In this document: piece by piece, positions 12,376-23,759 of the stretch
Position numbering within the stretch: the first letter of the stretch is position 1
Layout of the letters: each line of letters begins with the position of its first letter
DNA from: Perkinsus chesapeaki ATCC PRA-425
Taxonomy: Eukaryota; Protista; Perkinsozoa
NCBI GenBank assembly: GCA_013115145.1
Contig: JAAPAO010000003.1
Span: 169,153 to 233,152, forward strand
Direction of reading: 5' to 3'
Length of the DNA: 64,000 nt
Made by a program: the position numbers and the translations under genes
The notes under the pieces: generated by a model
The model's input: the letters and a program-made list of their open reading frames with translations, nothing else
What the model was told of the DNA's origin: nothing
Databases searched by the model: none

Positions 12376-14561
12376 ATGTCATCGTCACCAGTGGTGCGCA
12401 GGCCGTTCGAGGAGGACAAGAAGTTCATCAGCAAAATGGAGTCACCGAGGTGGCACATCGACAAGGGGTTCGTAGAGAACATGAACGTGCCCGTGAAATT
12501 TTATGCCAACGATAAAATCATGCCGGCAGTCATGGACGAGCTACAGTAATGGGAAAGCGATCCCCCCGCTGAATCGAGCGCGACAATCTTAGGCGTTACT
12601 CGGTTCGCCCGGCTGGCGAGGCCGGCTTCCTGCCCGCACTGAAGCAGCTAGGAAACGTCGCCTCCCTACCAGGTAGGCCTGAGCTGTCCTCCACCGTCCT
12701 TCACTGAGCTCGCTTCAGGAATAGTCGGCAACGCTATCGGTCTGCCGGACATTCATAGTGGCTACGGCTTTGCAGTGGGATCAGTCGCGGCGTGTAAGTT
12801 TCTGCGGCGCGGAGCGGCTGTTTGCGGGCGAATCTTGCCTCAGTCGATGCTTCTGATCCGCGCGCGGTGGTCTCCCCAGGCGGAGTAGGATTCGATATCA
12901 ACTGCGGGGTGAGGCTTCTAAGGTAGCATCATCATTACGCTTGCACGGCGAGGGTCTACTTCGGTGGGCATCAGGACGAATCTTACATTGGAGGATGTGG
13001 AGCCTGTGAAGGAACAGCTTGTCCAAGCGCTGTATGATTGCATACCTGTTGGTGTGGGCTCTGAAGGCGTTGTCCCGGTTAACCAGGATACACTTCGCGA
13101 AGCATTGGTGAGCTTACAGTTGGTACCCTCGAATTCACGGAAACATTTCAGCAATACGGTATGGACTGGTCTGTCCGGGAGGGCTACAGCTGGGTGGAGG
13201 ATAAGTACCATTGTGAAGAGCAAGGCCGGTTGCTGAACGCCGATGCTTCTGAGGTGGGACAGTCTGCCTTGTGTGCCCAGGTAAGCGTTTTCTCAGGTTT
13301 CAAGACGTGCCATGATCCGGGGAGTACCGCAGCTGGGAACTCTAGGAGCCGGCAATCACTATGCTGAAGTCCAGGTAGACACTCCCTGCAGATGCCGACC
13401 TACTTCGGATTCTACTGAACAGGTCGTCGATGAAATATATGACAAGTACGCCGCCAAGCAGCTCGGGTTGGATCACCCCGGCCAGGTCAGTCTACCAGTG
13501 TATTCCCCTTCCCGACTACCCCACATAGGTATGTCTAATGATGCACAGTGGCAGTCGAGGTCTAGGCCACCAGGTGGCAACAGACGCTCTGCAGCTGATG
13601 TGCAAGGCGGCTATGACTCGGAAGGTAGGACAGCCGTCCGGCTTATCGTCGATGCTACTTCGGTCCGCCTCAGAATCCTATTCATCTGAATGATCCCCAA
13701 CTTTCCTGCGCGCCCATTAATTCTGACGAGGGCCAGCTGTATTTGAGGGCCATGGCAGCAGCTGCTAACTTCGCCTGGGTCAATCGCAGTACCATCACCT
13801 TCATGGCCAGACAGGCGTTCAGCAAGGTGCCGCCGCCCCCCTCTCCGGAACCTATTGCTGTTTTGCAGGTATTCCACCAAGATGCCGATGATCTTGACAT
13901 GCATGTTGTTTACGACATTTCCCATAATACCGCCAAACTCGAAGAGCACGTAAGAGGCATTGTGTGGCTATGCGTTCACCGTGGTGCAGTTGGTGAACGG
14001 CGAAGTTAAACAGCTGCTAGTCCATCGTAAAGGAGCAACGCGAGCTTTCCCGCCGAATCATCCCCTTGTTGCAAGCGACTACCAGGTAAGTGAGGGATAC
14101 CCCTGTTGGCTACTGTACCGCCTTTGACAGAGCATCGGAGAGCCTGTACTGATCGGAGGCTCAATGGGAACTTGCTCCTATGTTCTAGTAGGCACCCACA
14201 CAGGCGAGGTAAGTGCTGCAAACGTTTGAAGAAACATCAACGCCGTTCCTCAGAAAGAGACTTTCTCGAGTACATGTCACGGTGCTGGAAGAGTCCTCAG
14301 TCGCAGTGGCAGCCGTCGTAAGCTAGACTACGACCATGTCACATCGGAGCTGGCGGACAGGGTAGGTCAGCCTCTACCGTGTCGGGTGGGACTGTGCTTT
14401 TGATTCAGGGCGTAAGCATGCGCGTAGCCTCCCCGAAGCTCATAGTGGAGGAGGCCCCGGAGTCTTACAAAGACGTCACCGCTGTGGTGAACACCTGCCA
14501 TCAAGCTGGCATCTCGCGGAAGGTCGTCAAGATGCGCCCTATCGCTGTGGTTAAGGGCTGA
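12376..14561 (+). CDS. RTCB: tRNA-splicing ligase RtcB, eukaryote/archaea type (HSPC117-like); many introns
   Basis: [130 protein letters not shown]. Confidence 0.97.
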
Positions 14562-14849
14562 TTACTAAATTGTGTTGAAGAATACTTCACCGTTATAGAT
14601 TACTATCTTGATTTATCATCTCACTGAGTGACTCGTTTTTTCTTGGAAGGATTTGTTCTGAGTTGCTTAGTTACAGTACCCGCCATCTAAAGAGTGTTCT
14701 GCGATCGGCAGGGCTTAGGGGCTCTTTAGATTTAGGGACTGTACCTTGTCCTGGCGCGCGGGGAGGCGCGGTCTTCAAACGCGAAAAGTTACCTGAGCGC
14801 ATGCTCTGCGATGTATGGGCCGGTCAGAGCTTTGGCAGTCGGGCAAGCA

Positions 14850-16166
14850 ATGTCCTCCACGACAGGCCAGGGAGGCTTTCCTCTCTTGCTCACCGCGGGT
14901 GGCAAGTCCCTCGAACCAGTGTCGCAAGCGGCACTGTCGAAAGCAGCTCGCATGCTGGGCCAAGATGCTGTGGCGGTACCACCTGTGAAAGCTGCCAATG
15001 TGAGCTTCCCTTCCGCAACTGTATCTTATAGCGACACTTTCCTTCTCAGAAAAGGCCGACGAGGGAGAGTCTTCTCACCTTCGAAGCGCCTCTGCTCCGG
15101 CCACACGCTCCTCTGGAAGCCACTGGGGTGGCCCTGAAAAGTGACGAGACTGAAGATACTACCTTGGGTATGATCGACCACCAGCACATAGAGATGCTTC
15201 CGAGGCCACTTTGTAAAAAGCGAAAAGCAGACTTCTTTGAGCAGCTCCAGCATGAAGAAGCCACGAAGGGCTCATCTTGCGGCGTAGATCCAGACGAGGT
15301 CACTGCCAGCGACCTGGATGCGCTAGAGGCCAGCCTTCCCTTTGGTCCCGACCAACTGCAAGAGTTCATAATCACGCGGAGGTTCCCTCTGTTGTACGTT
15401 GGTGTTGACAGCGCTGGTCTCAACGCGCCTGGGGTGTGCAGTACAGCAGCTGAGGATCTTATTGCCAACGATGGCATCGTATCGGTGAGGGTGCAGGCGA
15501 GAGCCGTAGTTGAGACGAGGGACACCGCGGGAGCACAGGCGAGGGGAGGACTCTTAGTGGTCGATCAGGACCAGCTCCCGGGATCGAGAAGGGAGTTCGG
15601 ATTGCCCACAGGGCCTGAGCTGTGCTGGCGGGCCCTTGCGCCCGGCCAAAGGTTTCATCGCAGCGGTGATGCCGAGGCGCCAGTGGTCCTACCGGGAGGA
15701 TGGAAATTTCCGAGTAGGCTGTTGAAGGTCGACCGAGAGTGGGTGGACATGCGGGGTAGGGTGGCCTCCTGTGTGCTCGGTGATGGCTTGTGGATCGGCT
15801 TCGAGAAGGGCGACAGCGTTCTTGTCTCGGGAGAGAAGGGCCAACTCAGCCGTCTACTGGAAAGGGTACAGTCCGGAGCAGTCGTGGAGGTGCGGAACTG
15901 CTGGGCTTTGCCGGATTGGCTTGTTACCAGTGGCTCACGTGAACTGAGAGGAGACAGCACCAGCGTGGAGATCCTCCGCATTACTGAGAAGTCTGCCATG
16001 TCCCCGAAGTGCCTCGCATGACATTAGTGTCATTACCCCTCGGCAAGTGTTATCTTTTGTTCTAGTTCTAGCTCTACAACTGGGGTCTTTGCCTGTCCCG
16101 TCGTGGTGTGCGAAATACTGTAGGTATCTGTTGGACATTCTAGCGCGCCGTGAGCGACGCTCCTAG
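14850..16166 (+). CDS. BRC-repeat-containing protein (small BRCA2-like candidate), ~400 aa
   Basis: Exon 1 has LLTAGGKSLEPVSQAALSKAARMLGQD, close to the BRC consensus FxTASGKxVxVSxxxLxKAxxLF. A 50-nt GT-AG intron (15000-15049) joins it in frame to a ~320-codon exon with a beta-rich C-terminal part. Last exon uncertain. Confidence 0.5.
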
Positions 16167-16244
16167 AAAGGGACCTCAACCTCCCTTCGGTCGTCCTTAT
16201 GAGCCCCGTACGATGCTGCTCTGACAGCAGCCTTATGTGGTAGA

Positions 16245-18290
16245 ATGCTAGTGCGGCATCGCCTTCCCCTTGGCGCAGCGCGCACAACACGGTTTCCAGA
16301 GATCATTAGACCATCTGGAGGAACGCCCATCCATCTATACACCGACGATGTGGACCAGCACACTATGCAGCAGCTGTGAGGGGCGGGGTCGCGCTATTGG
16401 CAATCTACAGCCAAGGCTCAGTGACGGACTTGTGTGGTCAGGGTCAACCTTGCTCGGTCGCCGATGGTCGTGGGCTACGTTGCGGCCATGGCTGATGTTC
16501 ACCTAGGCAAAGTTATGCAGCCGGATGGAGAACGCTCACTGTTCCATAGTTTTTTCGCAGGTGCTACGATCGGCAGTGTTTTTGCATCGCGGGATTTCGT
16601 TTGCCCCAATGCGGTGGGCGTGGACATAGGCTGTGGCATGTGCGCAGTGAAGGTAGGTCACCTCGTTTCTCGAGGTGTCTAACGTAGGGTCCGTACGGCG
16701 TGTCGCTGTCAGTGTAAAGATCCACACCATGCCAAGGGAGATGTTTCATTGGAAAATATTCAACATTGAGGAGTGTATTTTCTGTGGTGGTTTGGGAAGG
16801 AAGGCCATCAGTCTGATAGCTCGATCGGATGATGGCACCAATTCCGAACATTATCGCTTCGCGGCTCTTCGACCATAGTAGCCGTGGCGAGAGTGGCGGC
16901 CTTCGTAGAATTGCAGCAATAACGCTTCCGAAATAGGGTTTTGCAGTGGACGATCTATACGTAGGTTCCAGAGCTATCGAAACATGCTCTGTCGGAACGG
17001 TTCTTGACAAGGCTGCATCGTCAGTTGGTGGAGCGAATCCCGACGGGTATATGCCAACTGAGAGACGGTTCATGGCATTGCCTACACGTTAGGCTTCAAC
17101 AGCCACGAAAAAGCATCTTCTGAGATGCGAAAGGCGATGAAGCAATTGATAGAGAAACACAACCCTACTGCGCACACTAGGCGGGTGAGCGAATAGCGTA
17201 TACGATTCGAGCAGCTGACCTGTAGCCAGGTCATCGGCGATCGGCATGTGAGACAGATCGGCACTCTTGGAGGCGGCAATCATTTCATCGAGCTTCTCTA
17301 CGATGAGGAGGACGGCATCTGGCTCATGCTGCATTCCGGGAGTCGAAATATCGGCAACATTACTGCTCAGCATTACGATGAGTAAATGCGGCGACACAAT
17401 TTGGTGTCCCCGACTATTAAGGGATATCTGTGAGTCGAGAGGGGTATTGGACGGTCTCAGGTTGGCAGCGAAGCAGAACGGAACGTCGAAGGAGAACCTT
17501 GCGCATCTTGCGATCGCCAGCGAGGCCGGGCAGGACTATTTGCGGGACATGCACTTCTGCCAGGCCTATGCGATGGAGAATCGGAGGTTCATGATGGATT
17601 CATTCGTCAGTAGCTACTATCTCCGCCGTCTTGCATCAGTCAGCGTATTAGGCGCTGTTAGAGATCTCAGCGGGAGAGCGCCGGATTGGGACACACTCGT
17701 GAACATCCATCACAATTACTGTGAGTGTGAGGACTGTGTTTATCGGGATCCAGAATCGGGCAAGATAATACGGGATAAGCTGTGGATCACCAGGAAAGGA
17801 GCAACTTCGGTACAAACTGGTTCACGCTGTCAAATGATCAGTCTGATTCTAGGCTCGTAAAGGCCAGCTTGGCATAATACCGGGCAGCATGGGAACCGGG
17901 AGCTACATCACTCGAGGGAAGGGCGAGAGCATGGCTTGGAGTTCATGTTCGTTTCTTCCGCCTTATCGATTCGAGCGTAATCGGTCTCGAACTGTCAACC
18001 GTGGCTTTTAGGCTCTCATGGTGCTGGCCGACGGCTGAGCCGGAACGCCGCTAAGCGGGTGGTCGGAGTTGCCGAATTGAATGAAATGATGGAAGGTATC
18101 GTTTGGGACAGCGATGCCGCTAAGTTGGTAGGATCGACTTGCCGGTATGAGGATATTCTTATCATCGCTGCAGGTCCGTGATGAAGCACCCGTCGCCTAC
18201 AAAGATCTCAAAGAAGTGATGGTGAACCAGGAGGACCTGGTCGAGGTCGTGCATAAGTTACTGCCGTTGATGAACATGAAGGGATATTAG
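16245..18290 (+). CDS. rtcB: RNA ligase RtcB, bacterial (E. coli RtcB-like) type; spliced, with an R-rich N-terminal extension
   Basis: AMADVHLGK/GATIGSV, PNAVGVDIGCGMCA, IGTLGGGNHFIEL, LMLHSGSRNIG, NIHHNY, ITRKGAT, GIIPGSMGTGSYI, CSHGAGRRLSR, DEAPVAYKD, LLPLMNMKGY*. Confidence 0.93.
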
Positions 18291-18434
18291 TGTCACCGCA
18301 CCGTATCGCGTACCGTTGGTTTCGAGTTTCCGTATTGCGGTGCGGTCTCACTGCTATCCGTAAACACGGTTTTTCCGACTTTCCTAGGATGTGTTGTTCA
18401 AGGGAGGGGGAGCGTTCACACCGCAGGGTTTCCC

Positions 18435-19751
18435 ATGAAGAGTGTTTTCCTCCGAGCGAGCGAGATCTCAGAGGCGGCATGTGGCCTGAGGCGTTTCCTC
18501 AATAACGATGTGAATCGACGGCACTTCCTGTCAGAAGGGGTGTCATTCAAAAAGTACCCTTGGGATTTCAAGGTTGACGAAATCCCAGACGATTCCGCCA
18601 GTGCGGCATCCGAGCACTTCATCAATTTCACTTTATGGAAGAAAGATTTGACAACTCGCGAAGCGCTCGTGGACATTTCCAAGAAGACAGGTATCAGCAT
18701 GAAGGCTTGGTCCGTTGCTGGATGGAAAGATAGGAAAGCAATAACAACTCAGAGGGTATCTATCCAAGCCGATCTGAAAGAGAAGCTTATGCAGTATCTG
18801 AGCAACGATTCAGTACGATTGTCCGACTTCACTCCTGGGAACCAGCTCAAGCCCGGTCAGCATCGAGGGAATAGATTCCGTATTACTCTACGGAATTTTC
18901 CGTTCGATAAGGGGTCCTCCGACATCGCCGATGTAGAAGTGCTGCTCCAAAATGTAAAGAAGAATGGTATTTTCAACTACGCTGGAGTCCAGCGATTCGG
19001 CGCCTTTGGGCAAGCGTTCCGAATTGGTCGACATTTGATTGCTGAGAGGTCAGATCTCGCCGTTGGTGCACTTCTTGACCCTGTCATGGTGTCCACCGGT
19101 TCGAGTGATCGTTGCATTCTAGAAGAGTGGCATCGGTCCCGAGACGCTCATCATGCAATCGCGAGTTCATCTGGTGGAGTAAGAGAAATGGAATTCGCAT
19201 TACTGAAGCGATTAGCTCGGAGCGATTGTCGCCACGACTTCAATCGAGCTCTAAGAGCGACGATACCGAAGGAGCACCGACGGTTCTATATGCACGCGTA
19301 CGGCTGTTATGTGTGGAATAGAATGGTGAGCCACTACGGTATCGACGTCGGTGATGAGCTGCCTATCCTGGGCGCCGGTATTCCACCAGAGTTCTTCGCT
19401 ACTCGGAATGGTAAACTACTCCAATCCATTCTAATCGATGATGGTCTCGTCTCCCCCTCGGAGGACCTCCAGGTGTTTTGCGATGATCTCGGGCCTCGGC
19501 TGATGCTGATGGCCAAAATGCGCCCGGTCATCATCGTTCCCAGTGATTTCACTTGGCAGTGGGTCACCCATCAGCCGGGCGAGTTTCGTGACTTATGGCA
19601 GCCAGTCGGTGAGTGCGGCAATGCTTTGTCTCTGCTATTAGAGTTCACGTTGCCAGCTGATGCCTTCGCCACGTCGGTGGTGAGGGAAATCACTGGAGGT
19701 CTCGATAATTCAACAGCACCCAAGAATGATGAAACAAATCATTCACGATGA
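18435..19751 (+). CDS. PUS7: TruD/PUS7 family pseudouridine synthase, single exon, 438 aa
   Basis: FTLWKKDLTTREAL, AGWKDRKAITTQRVS (catalytic GxKD), GQHRGNRFRITLR, FNYAGVQRFG, YMHAYGCYVWN, LEFTLPADAFATSVVREI. Confidence 0.9.
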   Translation: MKSVFLRASEISEAACGLRRFLNNDVNRRHFLSEGVSFKKYPWDFKVDEIPDDSASAASEHFINFTLWKKDLTTREALVDISKKTGISMKAWSVAGWKDRKAITTQRVSIQADLKEKLMQYLSNDSVRLSDFTPGNQLKPGQHRGNRFRITLRNFPFDKGSSDIADVEVLLQNVKKNGIFNYAGVQRFGAFGQAFRIGRHLIAERSDLAVGALLDPVMVSTGSSDRCILEEWHRSRDAHHAIASSSGGVREMEFALLKRLARSDCRHDFNRALRATIPKEHRRFYMHAYGCYVWNRMVSHYGIDVGDELPILGAGIPPEFFATRNGKLLQSILIDDGLVSPSEDLQVFCDDLGPRLMLMAKMRPVIIVPSDFTWQWVTHQPGEFRDLWQPVGECGNALSLLLEFTLPADAFATSVVREITGGLDNSTAPKNDETNHSR

Positions 19752-20418
19752 GAACGTTTCTGTGCATTCGAGTTCCGAGTTGTTAAACACCCGTATTGCG
19801 TATCAAGGACAACTTAGAGAAGATGAGTTACAATGCTTGGAAGCTCTCACCAAACCGGACGTAGAGATATCTTAAAATAGCGACAAGCTCGGTACTAGCA
19901 CAACGCCATCTTCGCGGTGATGGACTATAAATTGACCCACACAAGCTGTTGGCTGTGTATGTCGTTATAACGGCAGACTTGTTGCTTGGTGTCTACTATA
20001 GGATTAGCTGCCAGCTAGTGCCCTTGATGCCCAGCACACGTGTCTGTTGGTGGGCATTACGTACATTTAGGTGGCCCACATTAGACTCCATTCAATGTTA
20101 AAGCGGTCAGCCCACTTAGTATGGCACAAGTCGCTCCGTCGAGCGAGGCATATGTGCATCCCGTCCGTGGACTCCCCACTCGCAACTAGCGATTTCCTTC
20201 CTCGTTCACTAGTACTGTATGTTTGTCACGTGTCACTACCACAAGTAACATCAATTATATTAGAAAGAACTTCTCGTGCATTCGCCATGGTACTGTAACA
20301 ACTATACATCCGTCGCCCATAAGGGCACTCAGCGATCACCACTCTACACGAGCTTTTGGTTCATTTCAAAAATCATTAGCATACTCTAACCTTGCAGGGG
20401 AGAAGGCCGACATACAAA

Positions 20419-21919
20419 TTAATAGGGCTGGGTGTGCTGTTGTTGCTGCATTCGATTATTGCCGGTGTGGCCGGTGTTGTGGAAGTCATCCTTCACCAGA
20501 CACTGCTGTGGCTGTATGCACAGGTCCAGGTCCTGGTCGTAGCGGACGACTTGTGATAAACAATCTTGTATAAGGTATTGCTCCTGAGTAAAAGGCCCAT
20601 TGAAAGCAGCCATAGTGGACCCTGTGTTACCTTCCTTAGATGTTCTAAATCTGGCCGTTCCATGAATTTAAGACTTTTACACAGAAGACCGGCTGGTGAT
20701 GATGAATCTATCAGAGACTGTTCATTGAACTCACGACAGGCATATATAGCTGCCATTCGTTCATGGGCAGAATCACCGAGAGAAATAACACATCGACGCC
20801 GACTAAGCAAGGACAATATCAGAGGACAGAAGACGGGGTCTCCCACCCGTGGACCGCGGGCACATCCGAAAAGTGTGAGGCAATGGCGTGGCGGAAGGCT
20901 TGCTCCTTCCATTCAAATGCTGATGGGAAACCCTGAAGTCCAGCCTGCGGAGAAAGCGAGCGCAGATTCCAAAGGAGCTACCCGTGGCTCGAAGGTGCTC
21001 CGAGCGGAGGTGTGATAAATCATGTTAATTGTCGGCAGCATCGAAGGAAGGAATTTGGCACATGTGAGCGGCAGCCAGCCGGTCTCGGCGTTCGTCACGA
21101 TTATAACCGTCCCTGAACCGACAGCTGCAACTGTGATTACGTGTGGCGAGTTACTACCAAGTTCCATGGCGGCCAGCAGCGTAGTGTTCGCAAGCTCTGC
21201 ATAGGCATCGAGGGTCTTGCGAAGTTCGGGGCTCGGTCCCGGGCCATCAACTCTCAGGCCCTATACAACAATCCTGTAGCTGTTAGGGGGGCGGCGGCGG
21301 AGGCAGACTTACACATTCAACAGTGAGGAAGCGTGTGGGTAGGATGGTATCATCCCAGTCAAAAATAATTAGAGTGTCCTCTTTACAACTACCAGCGATG
21401 GCGCTCACCATGGAGCAATCTTCATCGCTGTCACAACTGGCTGTCGAGCCGGTGAAGGTCGAATCGACCGAGCTGACATTCCTTTTCCCAGTAGACCTGC
21501 CACTAGAGGTGCCATACTAATTCCGACTTCGCCTCAATTGGCTACTCTTTCTCTTCGTGACTTTGATAAGCTCCCATATCCTGCCGACCATCAGTAACAC
21601 TATTTGTTAACCTGCCGGAAATTCGGCAACTCCGCGGATCTCAGAACTGTGATGACCTCGCATCGAGGTTCCGCTTTTGCTCTTCCGCTCGCTGTTGACG
21701 AGCTGTACTCTGCATCGTCGGGGCTGGATCCACCGCAACGGGGACGCCGCCGCGTACAGTAGCTTCAGTAACTCCGGCAGATGGCATAGGTCAGGAATGT
21801 CCAAAACGGAGGCTGCAGAGGAGGTGATTGAAAAGACTGCCAACTCGAGAGTTCTTGTTTCAACGCTCCAATGGACCGAGGGCGTCGGGCACTGGCGCGG
21901 GAGAGACCACGCTGCATGA
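20419..21919 (-). CDS. HAD-like hydrolase of the FDWDDT family, tandem copy A (start uncertain)
   Basis: DTLIIFDWDDTILPT (motif I), IIVTNAETGW (motif II), SARSTFEP, LGDSAHER (motif IV), CKSLKFMERPD. Paralog of 22086-23487. Confidence 0.75.
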
Positions 21920-22085
21920 TAATTGATGATATAATGATAAATCACACTTCGCTTCGTTTAGAGCAATTGAGCTACCGCCGCTGCCGCAGCATGGCAAGCC
22001 AGCGAGGCGGAACGGCAGACTTTCAAATTAGAGAGTGGCCGACTAAAATAGTACAAGCCAATTTACGATGACCGACCAAACGTAG

Positions 22086-23487
22086 CTAGCCACCGTGAGA
22101 AGGTATCGCCGCAGTAGGATGCGGTAGACCAGCTGCTGCTGTACAGGGGGACATGCCTTGCTGACCGAGTGCTGCTGCTTGCTGTGGGGTATGATCTCGG
22201 CCGCCGCCGCCGCCCGCTGCACCAGTAGTAGGGGGGCCCGGGGTAACACAATGCTGAGGTTGGATGCATAAATCTAGATCTTGGTCATATCTAACAATCT
22301 GGGCGAGACAATCTTGTATAAGGTATTGCTCCTGAGTAAAAGGCCCATTGAAAGCCGCCATAGTGGACCATGTGTTACCTTCCTTAGATGTTCTAAATCT
22401 GGCCGTTCCATGAATTTAAGACTTTTACACAGAAGTCCGGCTGGTGATGATGAATCTATCATAGACTGTTCATTGAACTCACGACAGGCATATATAGCTG
22501 CCATTCGTTCATGGGCAGAATCACCGAGAGAAATAACACATCGACGCCGACTAAGCAAGGACAAGTAGATCGACGGTCGAACACTCGCATACGCACCCCG
22601 CTATAAAGGGTACCTCCGCGAAATGCGAAGCAATCGAATGACGGAAGGCCTGGTCCTTCCAGTCGAACGCAGAAGCGTAGCCCTGAGGAGGATGACCCCA
22701 AAGCGATAGCGGGCAGCCTACCTGCGGCTCATAGGTGCTCCTAGCAGACATGTGATATATAGAATTCACTGTGGGCAATAAAGACGGCAGGAATTTTGCA
22801 CAAGTCAATGGCAACCAACCAGTCTCGGCGTTCGTTATTATGATAACCGTACCTAAGTAACTGATATGAGACATCGGCAACGATGAGTTACCTAATTCCA
22901 TGGCGGTCAGTAGGGTGGCATTGGCAAGCTCTGCATAGGCATCGAGAGTCTTGCGAAGTTCGGGGCTCGGTCCCACGCCATCAACTCTCAGGCCCTATAC
23001 AACAATCCTGTAGCTGTTAGGGGGGCGGCGGCGGAGGCAGACTTACACATTCAACAGTGAGGAAGCGTGTGGGTAGGATGGTATCATCCCAGTCAAAAAT
23101 AATTAGAGTGTCCTCTTTGCAACTACCAGCAATGGCACTCACCATGGAGGAGTCCTCGTCCCCGGTAAGCGTGGTATTTTCCTCGCTGCTGGCCGTGGAT
23201 CCAACGAACGTTGAATCCGAAATGTTGGTTCCTCGACGCCCCCTCGACCTGATGCTCTGCATAGCAAGACTCTCGAGGATCTTTACAACTACGCGTGATA
23301 GTCTGGGAAGGCCGCTGCCTTCTGCCACCCCCCGAAACCGTGCACGCTGCTGTCGGTGCTGGTTGACCTGAAGCTGGTCGAGGAGCGGAAAGCCTCGACG
23401 GCTGCCGTCTTACGATGTATATGAGGCCGTTGAGGACCGAGAAGTTTCGTCAACTACTGCGTGCTGAGCCGGCTCGAACAGGGACAT
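22086..23487 (-). CDS. HAD-like hydrolase of the FDWDDT family, tandem copy B
   Basis: Same motifs as copy A (FDWDDT, TNAETGW, DWKDQAF, GDSAHER), with shared intron positions in the core. Confidence 0.8.
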
Positions 23488-23759
23488 GGCTGGATTATAC
23501 ATAGCAAGCACAAGCCTAACCGGGTAAGATGAGCGTCACTTCACAAAGTAGTTGAGGACTGCTGCCTGTCTGGAAAGCGCGCCGGCATGAAACCGTGGGG
23601 GCGCGCACTGTACTACCCGAACCAAGCTCGACTACGCGTAAGACGGCACTAGGAGGTTCGAACTGATCTGGTAAGGGAGAAGCGAATTCACGACTTAACA
23701 AAATGACAAAAGGCGCAGGATAAGTGTAAGAGAGAAGGGTTGCTGCACAAGATGGCGGT

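Noticed and set aside
15000-15049. Programmed frameshift between ORFs 14811-15137 and 15128-16021
   Set aside because: A 50-nt GT-AG intron joins the frames cleanly.
12376-18290. RtcB genes as pseudogenes because the ORFs are fragmented
   Set aside because: The stops and frame changes I traced fall in GT-AG introns, and the catalytic motifs are intact after splicing.
18435-19751. Intronless TruD as evidence of recent lateral transfer
   Set aside because: Several native-looking genes here also have exons over 1.4 kb (SHPRH, UFD1-like), so the lack of introns alone is weak evidence.
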